Positions 42,305 to 53,676 of a stretch of 64,000 nt of DNA are shown here, piece by piece. Below the pieces are notes generated by a model. The model worked only from the letters and a program-made list of their open reading frames with translations, ran no database searches and was not told the origin of the DNA. Each line of letters begins with the position of its first letter. Position 1 is the stretch's first letter. Source of the stretch: Anaeromyxobacter sp. (GTDB lineage Bacteria > Myxococcota > Myxococcia > Myxococcales > Anaeromyxobacteraceae); contig JASGJN010000022.1 of NCBI GenBank assembly GCA_049840735.1, positions 896,001 to 960,000 of the forward strand. The letters run 5' to 3'. A program made the position numbers and the translations under genes.

Positions 42305-43368
42305 ATGACGTTGCGTTCGCTCATTGGGTGGAATTGGCGGAATGGGAAAGTGACACAACTCATGGCGGAAACGTGCGTTGCCGCCCTCCTTGCTGCTTGC
42401 GGCGGGGAGTCCCAGTCGGAAACCTCGGGGAGCCGCGGCGGTATGTCGGGAACTACCGGTATCGGCGGCAAGATTTCGACAGGTGCTTCCGGCGCAGGCA
42501 ATGGCCATGGCGGTTCGTCCGTGGTTCCGGTGTCGATTTCGGCGCTCTGCACGCTCTCGTCCGCGCCTACAATCGAATCTGCGAGCCGTCATCTCGGGTG
42601 TGTGAAGGCAGCGAAGGAAGCGCTTTGCCGCGCCGAGCCAATCACCGACGCGGAGGATCCGGTGCTCATTCGCCGCGCTTCGGTCGAGCTCGCGCGGTAT
42701 GTGGCTTCCGGAGTGGGGATTTCCGTCGTTGACGTGACGCGATGTGCGGATGCGATTCGAGAGGCCGCCTGTTCCGACATTCGTGCGGGAGGGCTCCTCG
42801 ATGCCTGTGTGCCCGAATCCGGCGTACTCGGAATCGGTCGCGCCTGCGCTTATGACGAGCAGTGCGCATCGTTATTTTGCGAGCGACAGCCCTACCAAGC
42901 TTGTGGAATTTGCGCCGCGCCAACCGTACCATGCTCGGGTCTGGCGGATTGTCCCGAGCGGCTGAGTTGCGATCCGAACAGCATGACTTGCGTTCGTCTT
43001 CCCCTAGCAGGCCAACCTTGTCTCGAGCTGTCCTGTGGTGGTTCGAATCGGTGTGAAAACGGCATCTGCGTCGGACTGCCGGGGATCAATGAGTCCTGCG
43101 CTGTCGAGCGGGGCTGTTCCGTTGGGGCGTCTTGTGAAGCTGGGGTGTGCGTAAAATACGCGAATCCGATGGCGTCAGCGCCTCTTCAGGACGGAGCGAA
43201 TTGCAACGGCGCCATCGGAATGATGGATGTAGCCGTTCCATCTTGCGAGAGCGGGGCTCGGTGTGTGGAAGATGGGTCACTTCCGCCCCTGACTGGAACT
43301 GCCACCGGAGCGCCCTACTCGGTGCCCGCAAAATTTGCAAAATCGTCGATGCAGCGGCATGTGAATGA
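42305..43368 (+). CDS. Cys-rich lipoprotein (3' end uncertain, probable frameshift about 43300)
   Basis: Lipobox LAAC; G-rich tether; repeated GxxC...C units; a Cys-rich tail ICKIVDAAACE-stop lies in the alternative frame. Confidence 0.6.
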
Positions 43369-43645
43369 CCGAGCGGACAGTCCGACGGTGAGGGCGGTGC
43401 AGCGACTCCTTTGGACTGACGGTTGGAATTGGAAGCGTTTCGAACTCGGTAACGACGCTCTTTTCAGTCTGAAGCTGCTTAGAAATCGGGCATTTCCGAG
43501 CCGCACTGGTTGGTTCACTTCGTCTCTGCGGCTTTGATGACGTCGAAATTTCGACGTCGAGAAAAGTGTCCGCATTCTCCCAAATTGGTGGGTAGGCCGG
43601 TCGCGCCGCTTCCTTCTTGGTACCGAAAAGCGTAGACCTTGCGCG

Positions 43646-44290
43646 GTGCGTAATCGAGGTGGCGCAGCGCGTAGAAAACGCTACATCGGGGCTGTGCTTG
43701 ACCTCCTCGTAACCACTGCGGTTGCAGCCCTAATGGCTGTAATGACGGTGATTGGCACCGAGGAAGTAGCGAAAGTCGCGTTTCGAAGGTTTTGGTCCCG
43801 CGCTCGTGGCGGTTGGAGCGGACCGAGCGAATTCCTTGCCGTAGGACATGCGCCGTCGAACTGGTCGCTGTTGTCAGGGGTTCGGGGATTGTCCGCCCGT
43901 GGGTGTGCACTCCTTCTGATCCTTGCACTGCCGCGCGTGCACTTCGACGAGGCGTGTCTTCGTCGCACGACGCTGCTGGTTGAAGGGGCGTCGGAGCTGA
44001 TACCGTCTGCTCCTTGTAGCGTGCAAACCGGAAGCGATCTGGTCACGCCAGCCGTTGCCAAGGAGGGGCCGGGGAGCAAAGGGGGAAGTGACAGCTCGGT
44101 TCTCGATGCTCCACTCTTCCTGGTAACTGCTCGTGCGTTGCTGCTTCATCCGCGGTTCAGCTCCCATAGGCTCGAACGTCGCGGGCGGAGCGACGAATGT
44201 GCACTCGAGACTGCGGAGGAGTCGTGCAACGATGCTCGCGCACCTCCGGCGCGAGTAAATTCCAGGCTTCGTCTCCCACGAATGACGTAG
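43646..44290 (+). CDS. Hypothetical ORF with hydrophobic segment and near-terminal RAPP motif (start uncertain)
   Basis: ALLLILAL segment; RAPP codons at 44237-44248, 13 sense codons before the stop. Confidence 0.35.
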   Translation: MRNRGGAARRKRYIGAVLDLLVTTAVAALMAVMTVIGTEEVAKVAFRRFWSRARGGWSGPSEFLAVGHAPSNWSLLSGVRGLSARGCALLLILALPRVHFDEACLRRTTLLVEGASELIPSAPCSVQTGSDLVTPAVAKEGPGSKGGSDSSVLDAPLFLVTARALLLHPRFSSHRLERRGRSDECALETAEESCNDARAPPARVNSRLRLPRMT

Positions 44291-44678
44291 AGCGGAAGCG
44301 AGCGACGCCAAGGCGCGTCGTGTCGTTCGCCTGCCCACTCGATCGCGAGACCCGAAAGCCAGTATCGATCTCGCTCAGCGGTATCGAGAGTACGTCTGCT
44401 ACCGAAATTTGCGGTGCAACGCGGCTCGATTCCGGTCGATTCACGTCGCGATGTGTACTGCGGACGAGCCGCCTCAACGCCAGGTAGCCCGCTCGACACC
44501 GTTTCGGCGAGGAATGCTGCACGAAATAGCGGCGCGGTTTTCCGCGTGCGTCCGCCATCACCCCACCCGTTTTCGCCGCACGAACACGACGTCCTCCACG
44601 TCGTGAGGACCGTTTGCGCCCTCGGCCCCAAGAATTTCCGATTTTCAATCCCCCATTCAGGAAGGAGCCAGCCTGTCC

Positions 44679-44837
44679 ATGTCCATCCCCGACACTCTTC
44701 AAGGTGCCATCACCATCAGCATCATCGACTTCATTTTGAGCTTCGTCATCATCTCAGGGATTGGTGTCGTGCTCGCTCTTCTTCCCCTGGTCAATCGTTG
44801 GAAAATCGACGAGTCCAAACTCAAGCAGGGCCACTGA
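44679..44837 (+). CDS. Small single-TM protein, OadG/gamma-subunit-like (52 aa)
   Basis: Manual translation MSIPDTLQGAITISIIDFILSFVIISGIGVVLALLPLVNRWKIDESKLKQGH; AAGGAG RBS at 44662; directly upstream of oadB. Confidence 0.75.
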   Translation: MSIPDTLQGAITISIIDFILSFVIISGIGVVLALLPLVNRWKIDESKLKQGH

Positions 44838-44885
44838 ACGATTCACTCGAGTGTCGCCGCTCTCACGTAAGGACCATTCACAGTC

Positions 44886-46016
44886 ATGTTACAGCTGATT
44901 AGTTCGCTCTTTCGGGCACTCCTCGGACAGACCGGTGTCGGCGCCTTTTCCTTCGGTAATCTTCTGATGATTGCCGTCGGTGCGACGATGGTATTTTTGG
45001 CGATCGTCAAGAAGTACGAACCGTTTCTACTGGTCGGAATTGGTTTCGCGTGCATCGTCGTCAACGTGCCTGGGGCGGACTTGGCGATGCCAGGGGGGCT
45101 CTTTCACTATGCTTACCGAGGCGTCGGGCTTTTGATCGTCCCGCCGCTCATCTTTTTGGGCGTTGGCGCGATGACGGACTTCGGCCCAATGATCGCCAAT
45201 CCGCGATTGGTGTTGCTCGGTGCAGGTGCTCACCTAGGGATTTTCGTAGCGCTCATCCTCGCCAAGCTCATTGGATTCTCTCTGAGCGAGTCGGGTGCCA
45301 TCGGAATCATCGGTGGAGCCGACGGTCCAATGGCGATCTTCGTCACCATGAAGCTGGCGCCCTACTTGCTGCCTCAGGTGTCCGTCGCGGCGTACTCGTA
45401 CATGGCGCTCATGCCGCTCATTCAGCCGCCGATCATGCGTCTGCTCACGACGAAGGCGGAGCGAGAGATGCCGATGACGCAGTTGCGTCAGGTCAGTCGT
45501 TTGGAGAAGATCATCTTTCCGATCGTCATTGCGATCGTGGTCAACTTCTTCTTTCCACCCGTCGCGCCGCTCATCACCATGTTGATGCTCGGGAACCTAC
45601 TTCGCGAGGTTCAAGTCGTCGAACGGCTCATGAAGACGGCTGGTGGAACTCTGCTCGACATCATCACCCTCGTGCTGACCACTGCAATCGGCTCGACGAT
45701 GAAGGCCGACTCCTTCCTTTCCGTCCGTACCCTCGAGATTGTCGGCTTGGGGCTGATCGCATTCGTTTTCGGTACGGGATCCGGCGTGCTTACGGCAAAA
45801 GTGATGAACCTGTTCGTGAAGGACAAGATCAACCCGCTGATTGGCTCGGCTGGAATCGCGTCGGTACCCATCGCCGCGCGCGTTTCACATATCGAAGCAT
45901 TCAAAGCGAATCCGCAGAATCTCCTCATCTATCACGCGATGGGGCCGAATCTGGCCGGCGTGTTCGGGACGGCCATTTCCGGAGGGATTCTCCTCGCGCT
46001 GCTCGGCGCCAAGTGA
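44886..46016 (+). CDS. oadB: Na+-translocating decarboxylase beta subunit
   Basis: YEPFLL, PPLIFLGVGAMTDFGP, IGIIGGADGP, AAYSYMAL, NPLIGSAG, HAMGPN. Confidence 0.93.
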   Translation: MLQLISSLFRALLGQTGVGAFSFGNLLMIAVGATMVFLAIVKKYEPFLLVGIGFACIVVNVPGADLAMPGGLFHYAYRGVGLLIVPPLIFLGVGAMTDFGPMIANPRLVLLGAGAHLGIFVALILAKLIGFSLSESGAIGIIGGADGPMAIFVTMKLAPYLLPQVSVAAYSYMALMPLIQPPIMRLLTTKAEREMPMTQLRQVSRLEKIIFPIVIAIVVNFFFPPVAPLITMLMLGNLLREVQVVERLMKTAGGTLLDIITLVLTTAIGSTMKADSFLSVRTLEIVGLGLIAFVFGTGSGVLTAKVMNLFVKDKINPLIGSAGIASVPIAARVSHIEAFKANPQNLLIYHAMGPNLAGVFGTAISGGILLALLGAK

Positions 46017-46029
46017 GTTTCGTTGCTTC

Positions 46030-46060
46030 GGGCAGGGGCTCTCGTCGAGGCTCCTGCCCG
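46030..46060 (+). terminator. Stem-loop after oadB
   Basis: GGGCAGGGGCT...GGCTCCTGCCC pairing with G-U; weak U-tract. Confidence 0.45.
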
Positions 46061-46474
46061 GTTCGGTCGTTGCTGAGGGGCGCCGGTGACCATCGCGTAG
46101 GCCGCGATGCCGTGTGATCTCTCGAGGACCGACGCGGCCTCACGTCGACCTATCACTTCCGCACGGGTTTCCATCACTCGGTGGCTTTCGTGAGGATCGG
46201 GCAGCCGAAATCCACGCGTATGGTGCGGGCGCTCCACTGAATGTAGCGTTGCTGCCGTATTGGTTGTCTTCACGGCGTGGCCACGGCGGTCGACGCAGCT
46301 CGAGCTACGACGAGGTTCACGTCGAGTGAGGACCATCTCCGAGAGACGTCGCAATAACGGCGGTGCCCGGCTTTGGTGAGTGCGCGGTTGCGCCGGCCTA
46401 GGGCAAGCGAAGCGCGGTTCCCGGCTTCGGCAAGTGCGCGGTTGCTGGTGGCGGAGAGCTACCGGACGAGCGTC

Positions 46475-46616
46475 GGACGTCGGCGCAGCGTCGTTGGACG
46501 GGACGTCGGCGCAGCGTCGTTGGACGGGACGTCGGCGCAGCGTCGTTGGACGGGACGTCGGCGCAGCGTCGTTGGACGGGACGTCGGCGCAGCGTCGTTG
46601 GACGGGACGTCGGCGC
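46475..46616. repeat. Intergenic tandem repeat, 5 full copies plus a partial copy of 26 bp
   Basis: GGACGTCGGCGCAGCGTCGTTGGACG, identical copies. Confidence 0.95.
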
Positions 46617-47026
46617 CTTCGAGCGGGAGGTAGTTTTCTGACTCGAGGTGCCTAACGGGGACGGATCCTCGTGATCGAGCGTGCTCGTGAGCGCGCATTC
46701 TCGAGGTGCGTGCGATTGACGCGAAACCTGGGCAAAAGTGCTCCCGACACCACGGAGATTGCGTGAGGCTCCGCACCTCTCGTCGTTGCTTATCATTTCC
46801 GATGCGGTGGAGATTCGTTACGACACTTCGTTGCAGCGCCTCGAGCGTCAATCTCATCGGCAATGAGCACGGCATTCGAGCGTCGATGTGTGCTCGCTGG
46901 CGCACATCTGACCTACGGTGATCCGAATCCCTGCATCCTCCGCGCCTCGACTCAAAAGTGGGAGCATTTTGAGAAGCGGTGGGAATATTCCAGATGTATT
47001 TCGGCACACCATTGAGATAGTTAAGC

Positions 47027-50000
47027 ATGCTCTTTCGATGTCCCGGGATGGTGGCAAGGTCACTGGTCGCGCTGACTCTGTTCGTTGCTTGTGGGGGGCA
47101 ACCGAGCATTGAGGACCCGGATGGTTCGAGCTCCGAAGGGGGAACCAAGGGCCGCGGCGGATCGACTTCCACCAGCACCGATCCTGGGATCCCTGAAATA
47201 CCAGATGCCTCCACTCCAGATGCCGGGACCGATGCCGTTTGCGGGAACGGCAAGGTCGAGATTGGTGAGATTTGCGACGACGGCAATCGTACCGACGGTG
47301 ACGGATGCAAGGGTAACTGCCTCGAGCAAGATCCGGACTACATTTGCTCCGACGGCAAGTGCGTAAAATACGTCATCTGTGGCGACGGTCAGCTTCAGGG
47401 CGACGAGGCCTGCGACGACGGCAACACGAACGCAGGCGACGGTTGCTCAGCGAACTGCAAATCGACGGAGAGCGGATTCGAATGCGCTCGCCCAAACAAG
47501 CCGTGCGTTGCGCTCTCCATCTGCGGCAACGGCGTCCGCGAACGTGGTGAGCAATGCGACGACGCCCAGTTGCCACCCAAGGACGGTGACGGCTGCTCCT
47601 CGACCTGCCAATTGGAGGCTGGATACTTCTGTCCTACGGGTGCCACGTGCGTCAAGTACGTCTGTGGTGATGGTGCTCGCACGCCCGACGAGGACTGCGA
47701 CGATGGCAACGCCACGAACGGTGACGGATGTTCCTCGACCTGTAAGAAGGAAGATGGTTGGATCATCACGGAGTCCGGCGCGAAGGCGGCGTGCGGGGAC
47801 GGTCTCATTCGCGGTAACGAAGCCTGCGACGACAAAAACCAATTGAGCGGAGACGGATGCTCTGCGACCTGCAAGCTCGAACCGCTGACGGTCTGCACGG
47901 GGGAACCAAGCATTTGCTCGAGCACGATCAGTTGTGGTGACGGCAAAGTCCAAGGCGCCGAGGTGTGCGATCCGCCGAGTGCGACCTGCTCCTCGGATTG
48001 CCGCCGGTACATCGTACCTGGTACGGTTTGTGGCAACGGCGTTTGGGAGAGCGGCGAAGCTTGCGAAGATAGCGGGACCTTGGACGGCGATGGGTGCAGC
48101 GCGAGTTGTACCGTCGAGATGGGCTGGCGTTGTCCTCAAGTCAATTACTGCTTCAAGCTGCCGGTGTGCGGCAATACCGTGCGTGAGCGCGGTGAAGGCT
48201 GCGACGACGGCAATCAGAGTAGCGGTGACGGTTGTACGTCGAGCTGCCAACTCGAGCCCGGATACTTCTGCCCCCCGGGTGGTGCCTGCATATTATTGAG
48301 CTGTGGCAACGGAGTTCGCACCCGCGACGAGCAGTGCGATGACGGGAACCTGGCCAACGACGATGGTTGCTCGAGCACTTGTAAGCTCGAGCTCGGTTGG
48401 ATTGACACCGGCACTGGCACGAAGCCCATCTGCGGCGACGGCCTGATTCGTACTGGCGAGGCATGCGACGACGGCAACAACGTCAATGGTGACGGTTGCT
48501 CGTCGGCGTGTCGCGTCGAGCCTCTCATGGAGTGCACCGGGCAACCGAGTGTTTGCGTGAGTTCCATCGAGTGCGGAGACAACGAGGTTCAGGGAACCGA
48601 GGTCTGTGATTCCGCCGAACGTCAACAACTGCGCTGCGGACTGCAAGAGCTTCGTCATCCCCGGCACCAAGTGCGGGAACGGAGTCTGGGAGAGCGGCGA
48701 AGGTTGCGATGACGGCAATACGTCGAATGGCGATGGCTGTGACTCGGCTTGCAAAGTCGAGACCGGTTGGAAGTGCCCACAAGCCAACCTTTGCTTCAAG
48801 TTGCCGGTGTGCGGCAACAGCGTGCGGGAACTCGGAGAGCAGTGCGACGACAGTAACGCCGCCGCAGGCGACGGATGTAGTGCGACGTGTCAGCTCGAGG
48901 CCGGGTTCTTCTGTCCGCCGGTCGGAGCCTGCGTCCGCCTGAGTTGCGGCGACGGCAATCGCACGCGCGACGAGCAATGCGACGACGGAAATCTGCTGGC
49001 CAACGACGGATGCTCGGCAACCTGCACGACCGAGCCCGGCTGGATTACCACGAGTTCGGGCGCTCGCCCCATCTGTGGTGATGGCCTGCTTCGCGGAGGA
49101 GAGCCCTGCGACGACCACAACAACACGAGTGGCGATGGCTGCTCCTCGACGTGCCAAGTCGAGCCACTGATGCGTTGCACAGGCGAGCCCAGCGTTTGCA
49201 CGAGCACCATCGTATGTGGTGACGGAAAAATCCAAGGCACCGAGGTCTGCGATCCCCCCGGCACGAACAATTGCGCAGCAGGTTGCAAGAGTTTCGTCAT
49301 TCCCGGTGCGGTTTGTGGCAACGGACTCTGGGAGAACGGTGAAGGTTGCGACGATGGCAACGCTAAATCGGGCGATGGCTGCAGTCCGTCCTGCGCGATC
49401 GAAACGGGCTGGAAGTGCCCGCAAGCGAACTTCTGCGTCCTGCTTCCGGTTTGCGGCGACGCAGCCGTGAATTCGAGCCTCGAGGAATGCGACGACGGCA
49501 ACACCGTCAGCGGCGACGGTTGCGCAGCCGATTGCTTGGTGGAAGCCAGCTGGTTCTGCTCTGGACTAGCCCCGTCCGTTTGCACCCACGAGGTGTGCGG
49601 CAATGGCGTCCGGACGCCAACCGAGGGTTGTGACGATCGCAATCTCGCTGGGTCCGATGGCTGCTCCTCGCTTTGCGTGGTCGAGGACGGCTGGGCCTGT
49701 CCCGTCGAAGGAAGTGCGTGCATCCCGAAGTGCGGCGATTCCAAGGTACGCGGAAGCGAAACCTGCGACGACGGCAACACGGTCAGCGGCGACGGGTGTA
49801 CGGCGAATTGCCGTTCCGAGTTCGGTTACACCTGCACTGGCGCAGGTCCCGGTACCTGCGTGAAAGGGGTGTGTCCGAACGGCAAGACTGACAACGGTGA
49901 GAGCTGCGATGACAACAACAGCGTTGCAGCCGACGGTTGCGGTCCGACCTGCCAGACCGAGCCCACAATCACCGCGGGTCCGAACCCCGTCGTCAATACG

Positions 50001-53000
50001 TTCTGCGGCGACGGCATGAAGACCGGCATCGAGCAGTGCGACGACGGCAACAAGGTGAACGGGGACGGCTGCTCATCGAGCTGCGCCGTCGAATCCGGTT
50101 ACCAATGTGCCAGTCAGCTGGTGCTCCCACCGTCGGTGGCGTTCCAAGTGACCCATCGAGATTTCAAGGCCTATAGCGCGTCGGGAGGGCACCCGGACTT
50201 CGAGTACACGATCGCGAGTCGCAGGGACATCGCTGGACCCGCTTGCACTCGGTCGAATACGTCGTCCTGTGGGCGGCTGGACAGCGCGGGCAAGCCAATT
50301 CTTGCCTCGGGCATCACTCGCTCGGCGTCGGGGATCAAGAACGCTGCGACTTACAGCCTTTGGTATCGCGACACCAATACTGCGGGAACCCTCGACGAAG
50401 CGGGCAAAGCAGCGATTGAAATTCAGAGTATCAAGAAGACCCTGACTTTGAACCAGGTGGCCTCGGGTTCGCCTGCATACCGATTCAGCAGCAACAGTTA
50501 CTTCCCCCTGGATAGTCAGGGCTTCGGTAACGAAGGCAGAAGTCACAACTTCCACTTCACCACGGAGCTTCGGTACTTCTTCCAGTACCAAGGCGGCGAG
50601 ACCCTGACCTTTGCTGGTGACGACGACGTTTGGGTCTTCATCAATGGTCGACTTGCGGTCGATATCGGCGGCGTCCACGGCGTGAAGTATGGACAAGTCG
50701 TCCTGGGTGACGACGGCGCTCCGTCGGGTGGAGACAGCGACTGCTCCGCTCATTTGGCGGACAGCACGCCGACGGTGAGCTCGTGCTACCTCGCCGCAGA
50801 AGCCGCGGACAGCACCGACGAACGGTTCGGGTTGACCAAGAACCAGGTGTACGAAATCGTGCTGTTCCACGCCGAACGGCACACCAGTGAGTCGAACTTC
50901 ACACTCACGTTGTCAGGTTTCTTGGCGCCTCGGTCCTACTGCAATCCGATTTGCGGTGATGGTGTCGTCGCCGGAGGGGAGGCTTGCGACGATGGCGCCG
51001 CGAACTGGCCGACCTCGGGCTCGGATGTGCCCAGCGGAAAGTGCAACAGCACCTGCACGGCGCGAGCCTATTGTGGAGACGGCTTCGTTCAACCCGGCGA
51101 AACCTGCGACAACGGCAAGAACACGGACTTGTACGTTTCGAGTAGCTCCACTGGCCTCTGCGCCCCTGGATGTAAAGCACCCGCAAGGTGTGGTGACGGA
51201 ACTGCTCAAGCCGCGTGGGAAGATTGTGATCTCGGCGCGAGCAACAGCGACACGAGCTACGGTCTTGGCTCTTGCACGACCCAGTGCAAGTACGGCCCTT
51301 ACTGTGGCGACGGCGCACCGAACGGAACCGAGCAGTGTGACAAGGGCACTGCGAACGGCGGATACGGCGCAGGTTCGTGTACGTACGATTGCCTCACTGG
51401 GCCGTATTGCGGCGACAAGGTGCGAAACGGTCCGGAAGACTGCGACGGGACGGTCAACTGCAGTCTGGCCTGCACGATGAATCCGTATTGTGGCGACAGC
51501 ATCAAGCAGAGCGGCGAGGACTGCGACTGGGGTGCCTTCGCCTCCACCTCCTACGGGACGTGCAGCAAGACTTGCCAATGGAACGCCCATTGTGGCGACG
51601 GCAAGACCGATGCTCCGAACGAGGAGTGCGACAACGGTGCAGCCAACAGCGATACGACCTATGGCGGTTGTCGACCCAACTGTCTGAAGGGCCCCCGTTG
51701 CGGCGATGGTGTCGTTCAGATTGGTGGCGGCGAGGAGTGCGACAACGGGTTCAACACCGATACGTACCAGTTCTCGTCTAACTCCTGCGGGGCCGGATGC
51801 AAGAAGGTTCCGTCTTGTGGCGATGGCGTGAAGCAAGATCTCTACGAGATCTGCGACAACGGCAATAGCAACAGTGATACGGCCTACAACGGTTGCACGA
51901 CGAAGTGCGATTGGGGCCCCTACTGCGGCGATGGCATCAAGAACGGCACGGAACAATGCGACAAGGGCGCTGAGAATGGTGGCTATGGACCAGGCTCTTG
52001 CACCATTGCTTGTCTAGTCGGTCCCTATTGTGGGGATGGCATTCGCAACGGCGCTGAGGAATGCGATGGAACTGCGCATTGTAATCTGACGACTTGTAAG
52101 ACCGATTCCGTACTGCGGTGATGGCATCACGCAGGCCGGTGAGGATTGCGACTGGGGCGTCTCTGCCGTCAACGATGTCTACGGAACCTGCAATCCGTCT
52201 TGCAAGTGGAACGCCCACTGTGGCGACGGGATCCCCCAAGCTCCCGAGGAGCAGTGCGACAACGGTTCGAACAATAATAACGACGTCTACGGAGGCTGCC
52301 GCGTGGACTGCATGTTTGGTCCGCGATGTGGCGACGGTGTCGTCCAAGCCGACCAAAAGGAAGAGTGCGACAACATCTACAACGACGACACCTATCGCTT
52401 CTCGAGCAACTCTTGCGGAAAGCTCTGCAAGGCGGTGCCCTATTGCGGTGACGGTCACGTCGATCCGCTCTACGAAGTCTGCGATATGGGTGCGGCAAAC
52501 AACGACGCCGCTTACAACGGTTGCACGACTGCCTGCGAACCCGGCCCCTATTGTGGGGACGGCGTGCCAAACGGCGTCGAGTTCTGCGATCTCGGTCTCG
52601 CGAACGGCGGCTACGGAGTTGGCTCATGTTCGATCGATTGCAAACCCGGACCCTTCTGTGGCGACGGGACGAGAAATGGGTCGGAGGAGTGCGACGTAAA
52701 CGATCCTTCTGCCAAGTTCTGCGGAAGCGACTGCAAGATCCAACCGCATTGCGGCGACAACATGCTCCAGGTTGGCGAGGAGTGTGACTGGGGTACTGCG
52801 GCGTCGACCGCCTACGGGACCTGTAATGCGACCTGCAAGTGGAACAGCCATTGTGGCGACGGTGTCACCAATGCTCCGGACGAGGAGTGCGACAATGGTG
52901 CGGCAAACAGCAACGAAACCTACAACGGTTGTCGTCTGGATTGCCTCCAAGGCGCACGTTGCGGTGACGGCGTGACGCAAAAGACCAACGGCGAAGAGTG

Positions 53001-53508
53001 CGACAACGGATACAACGAGGACAAGTACAGCTTCTCGAGTACGTCTTGCGGGACTGGCTGCAAGGCGGTGCCTCGCTGCGGTGACGGCATACTCCAATCG
53101 CTCTACGAGCTCTGCGACAACGGCGTGCTCAACAGCGACACGACGTACAACGGTTGCAACACGAAGTGCGAGTGGGGCCCCTACTGCGGCGACGGCAAGA
53201 AGGATCCCGAGGAGGTTTGCGACAACGGCTCGCGCAACGCGGCTTACTCGAAGACGCCCGGTGGTTGCAGCTTCGACTGCCAGCCCGCGCCCTATTGCGG
53301 AGATGGCGAGCGCAATGGACCCGAGCAGTGCGATCTAGGTACGGACAAGAACACCGGCGCCTACGGTGGATGCAACGCGGACTGCTCGCGTGCGGCGTAC
53401 TGCGGAGACCACATCGTCCAGGCCGACAAGGGCGAGGCCTGTGACGATGGCCTGACGGGAAGCATGTCTTGCTCGACGACGTGCTCGCGGCGCGACATCT
53501 TGCAGTGA
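47027..53508 (+). CDS. Giant (about 2150 aa) lipoprotein with myxobacterial Cys-rich (DUF4215-type) repeats and a fibro-slime/PA14 domain (frameshifts about 48610 and 52105)
   Basis: Lipobox FVAC; dozens of CGDG...ExCDDGN...DGC units; HPDFE and HNFHFTTE...GDDDVWVFING...DIGGVH motifs; three ORFs join mid-repeat. Confidence 0.9.
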
Positions 53509-53520
53509 CGTCCCGAGTAT

Positions 53521-53577
53521 GCGGCCCCGAAGTGCCGAGCCGTCGAAAGTCGACGGGATCGGCATCTCGGGGCCGCA
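53521..53577. terminator. Long stem-loop after the giant gene; right arm repeated at about 53642-53670
   Basis: GCGGCCCCGA/TCGGGGCCGC, TGCCGA/TCGGCA and CGTCGA/TCGACG nested arms around an AAG loop. Confidence 0.6.
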
Positions 53578-53676
53578 GCCGTTTCGGCTCGTCCAGCGCA
53601 AGAATCGAAGCGCTTGGTCACGAGAATTCAGCCGTCGGATCTCGACGGGATCGGCATCTCGGGGTCGCTGCCGGTT

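Noticed and set aside
44290..44678. Assignment to a named riboswitch class
   Set aside because: I could not match fluoride, guanidine, c-di-GMP, c-di-AMP or ZTP consensus by eye; it needs a covariance-model search.
46475..46616. Possible CRISPR array (26 bp repeat)
   Set aside because: Head-to-tail copies with no spacers.
53550..53672. Two-repeat mini-CRISPR
   Set aside because: The first copy is the right arm of a larger hairpin; only two imperfect copies exist.
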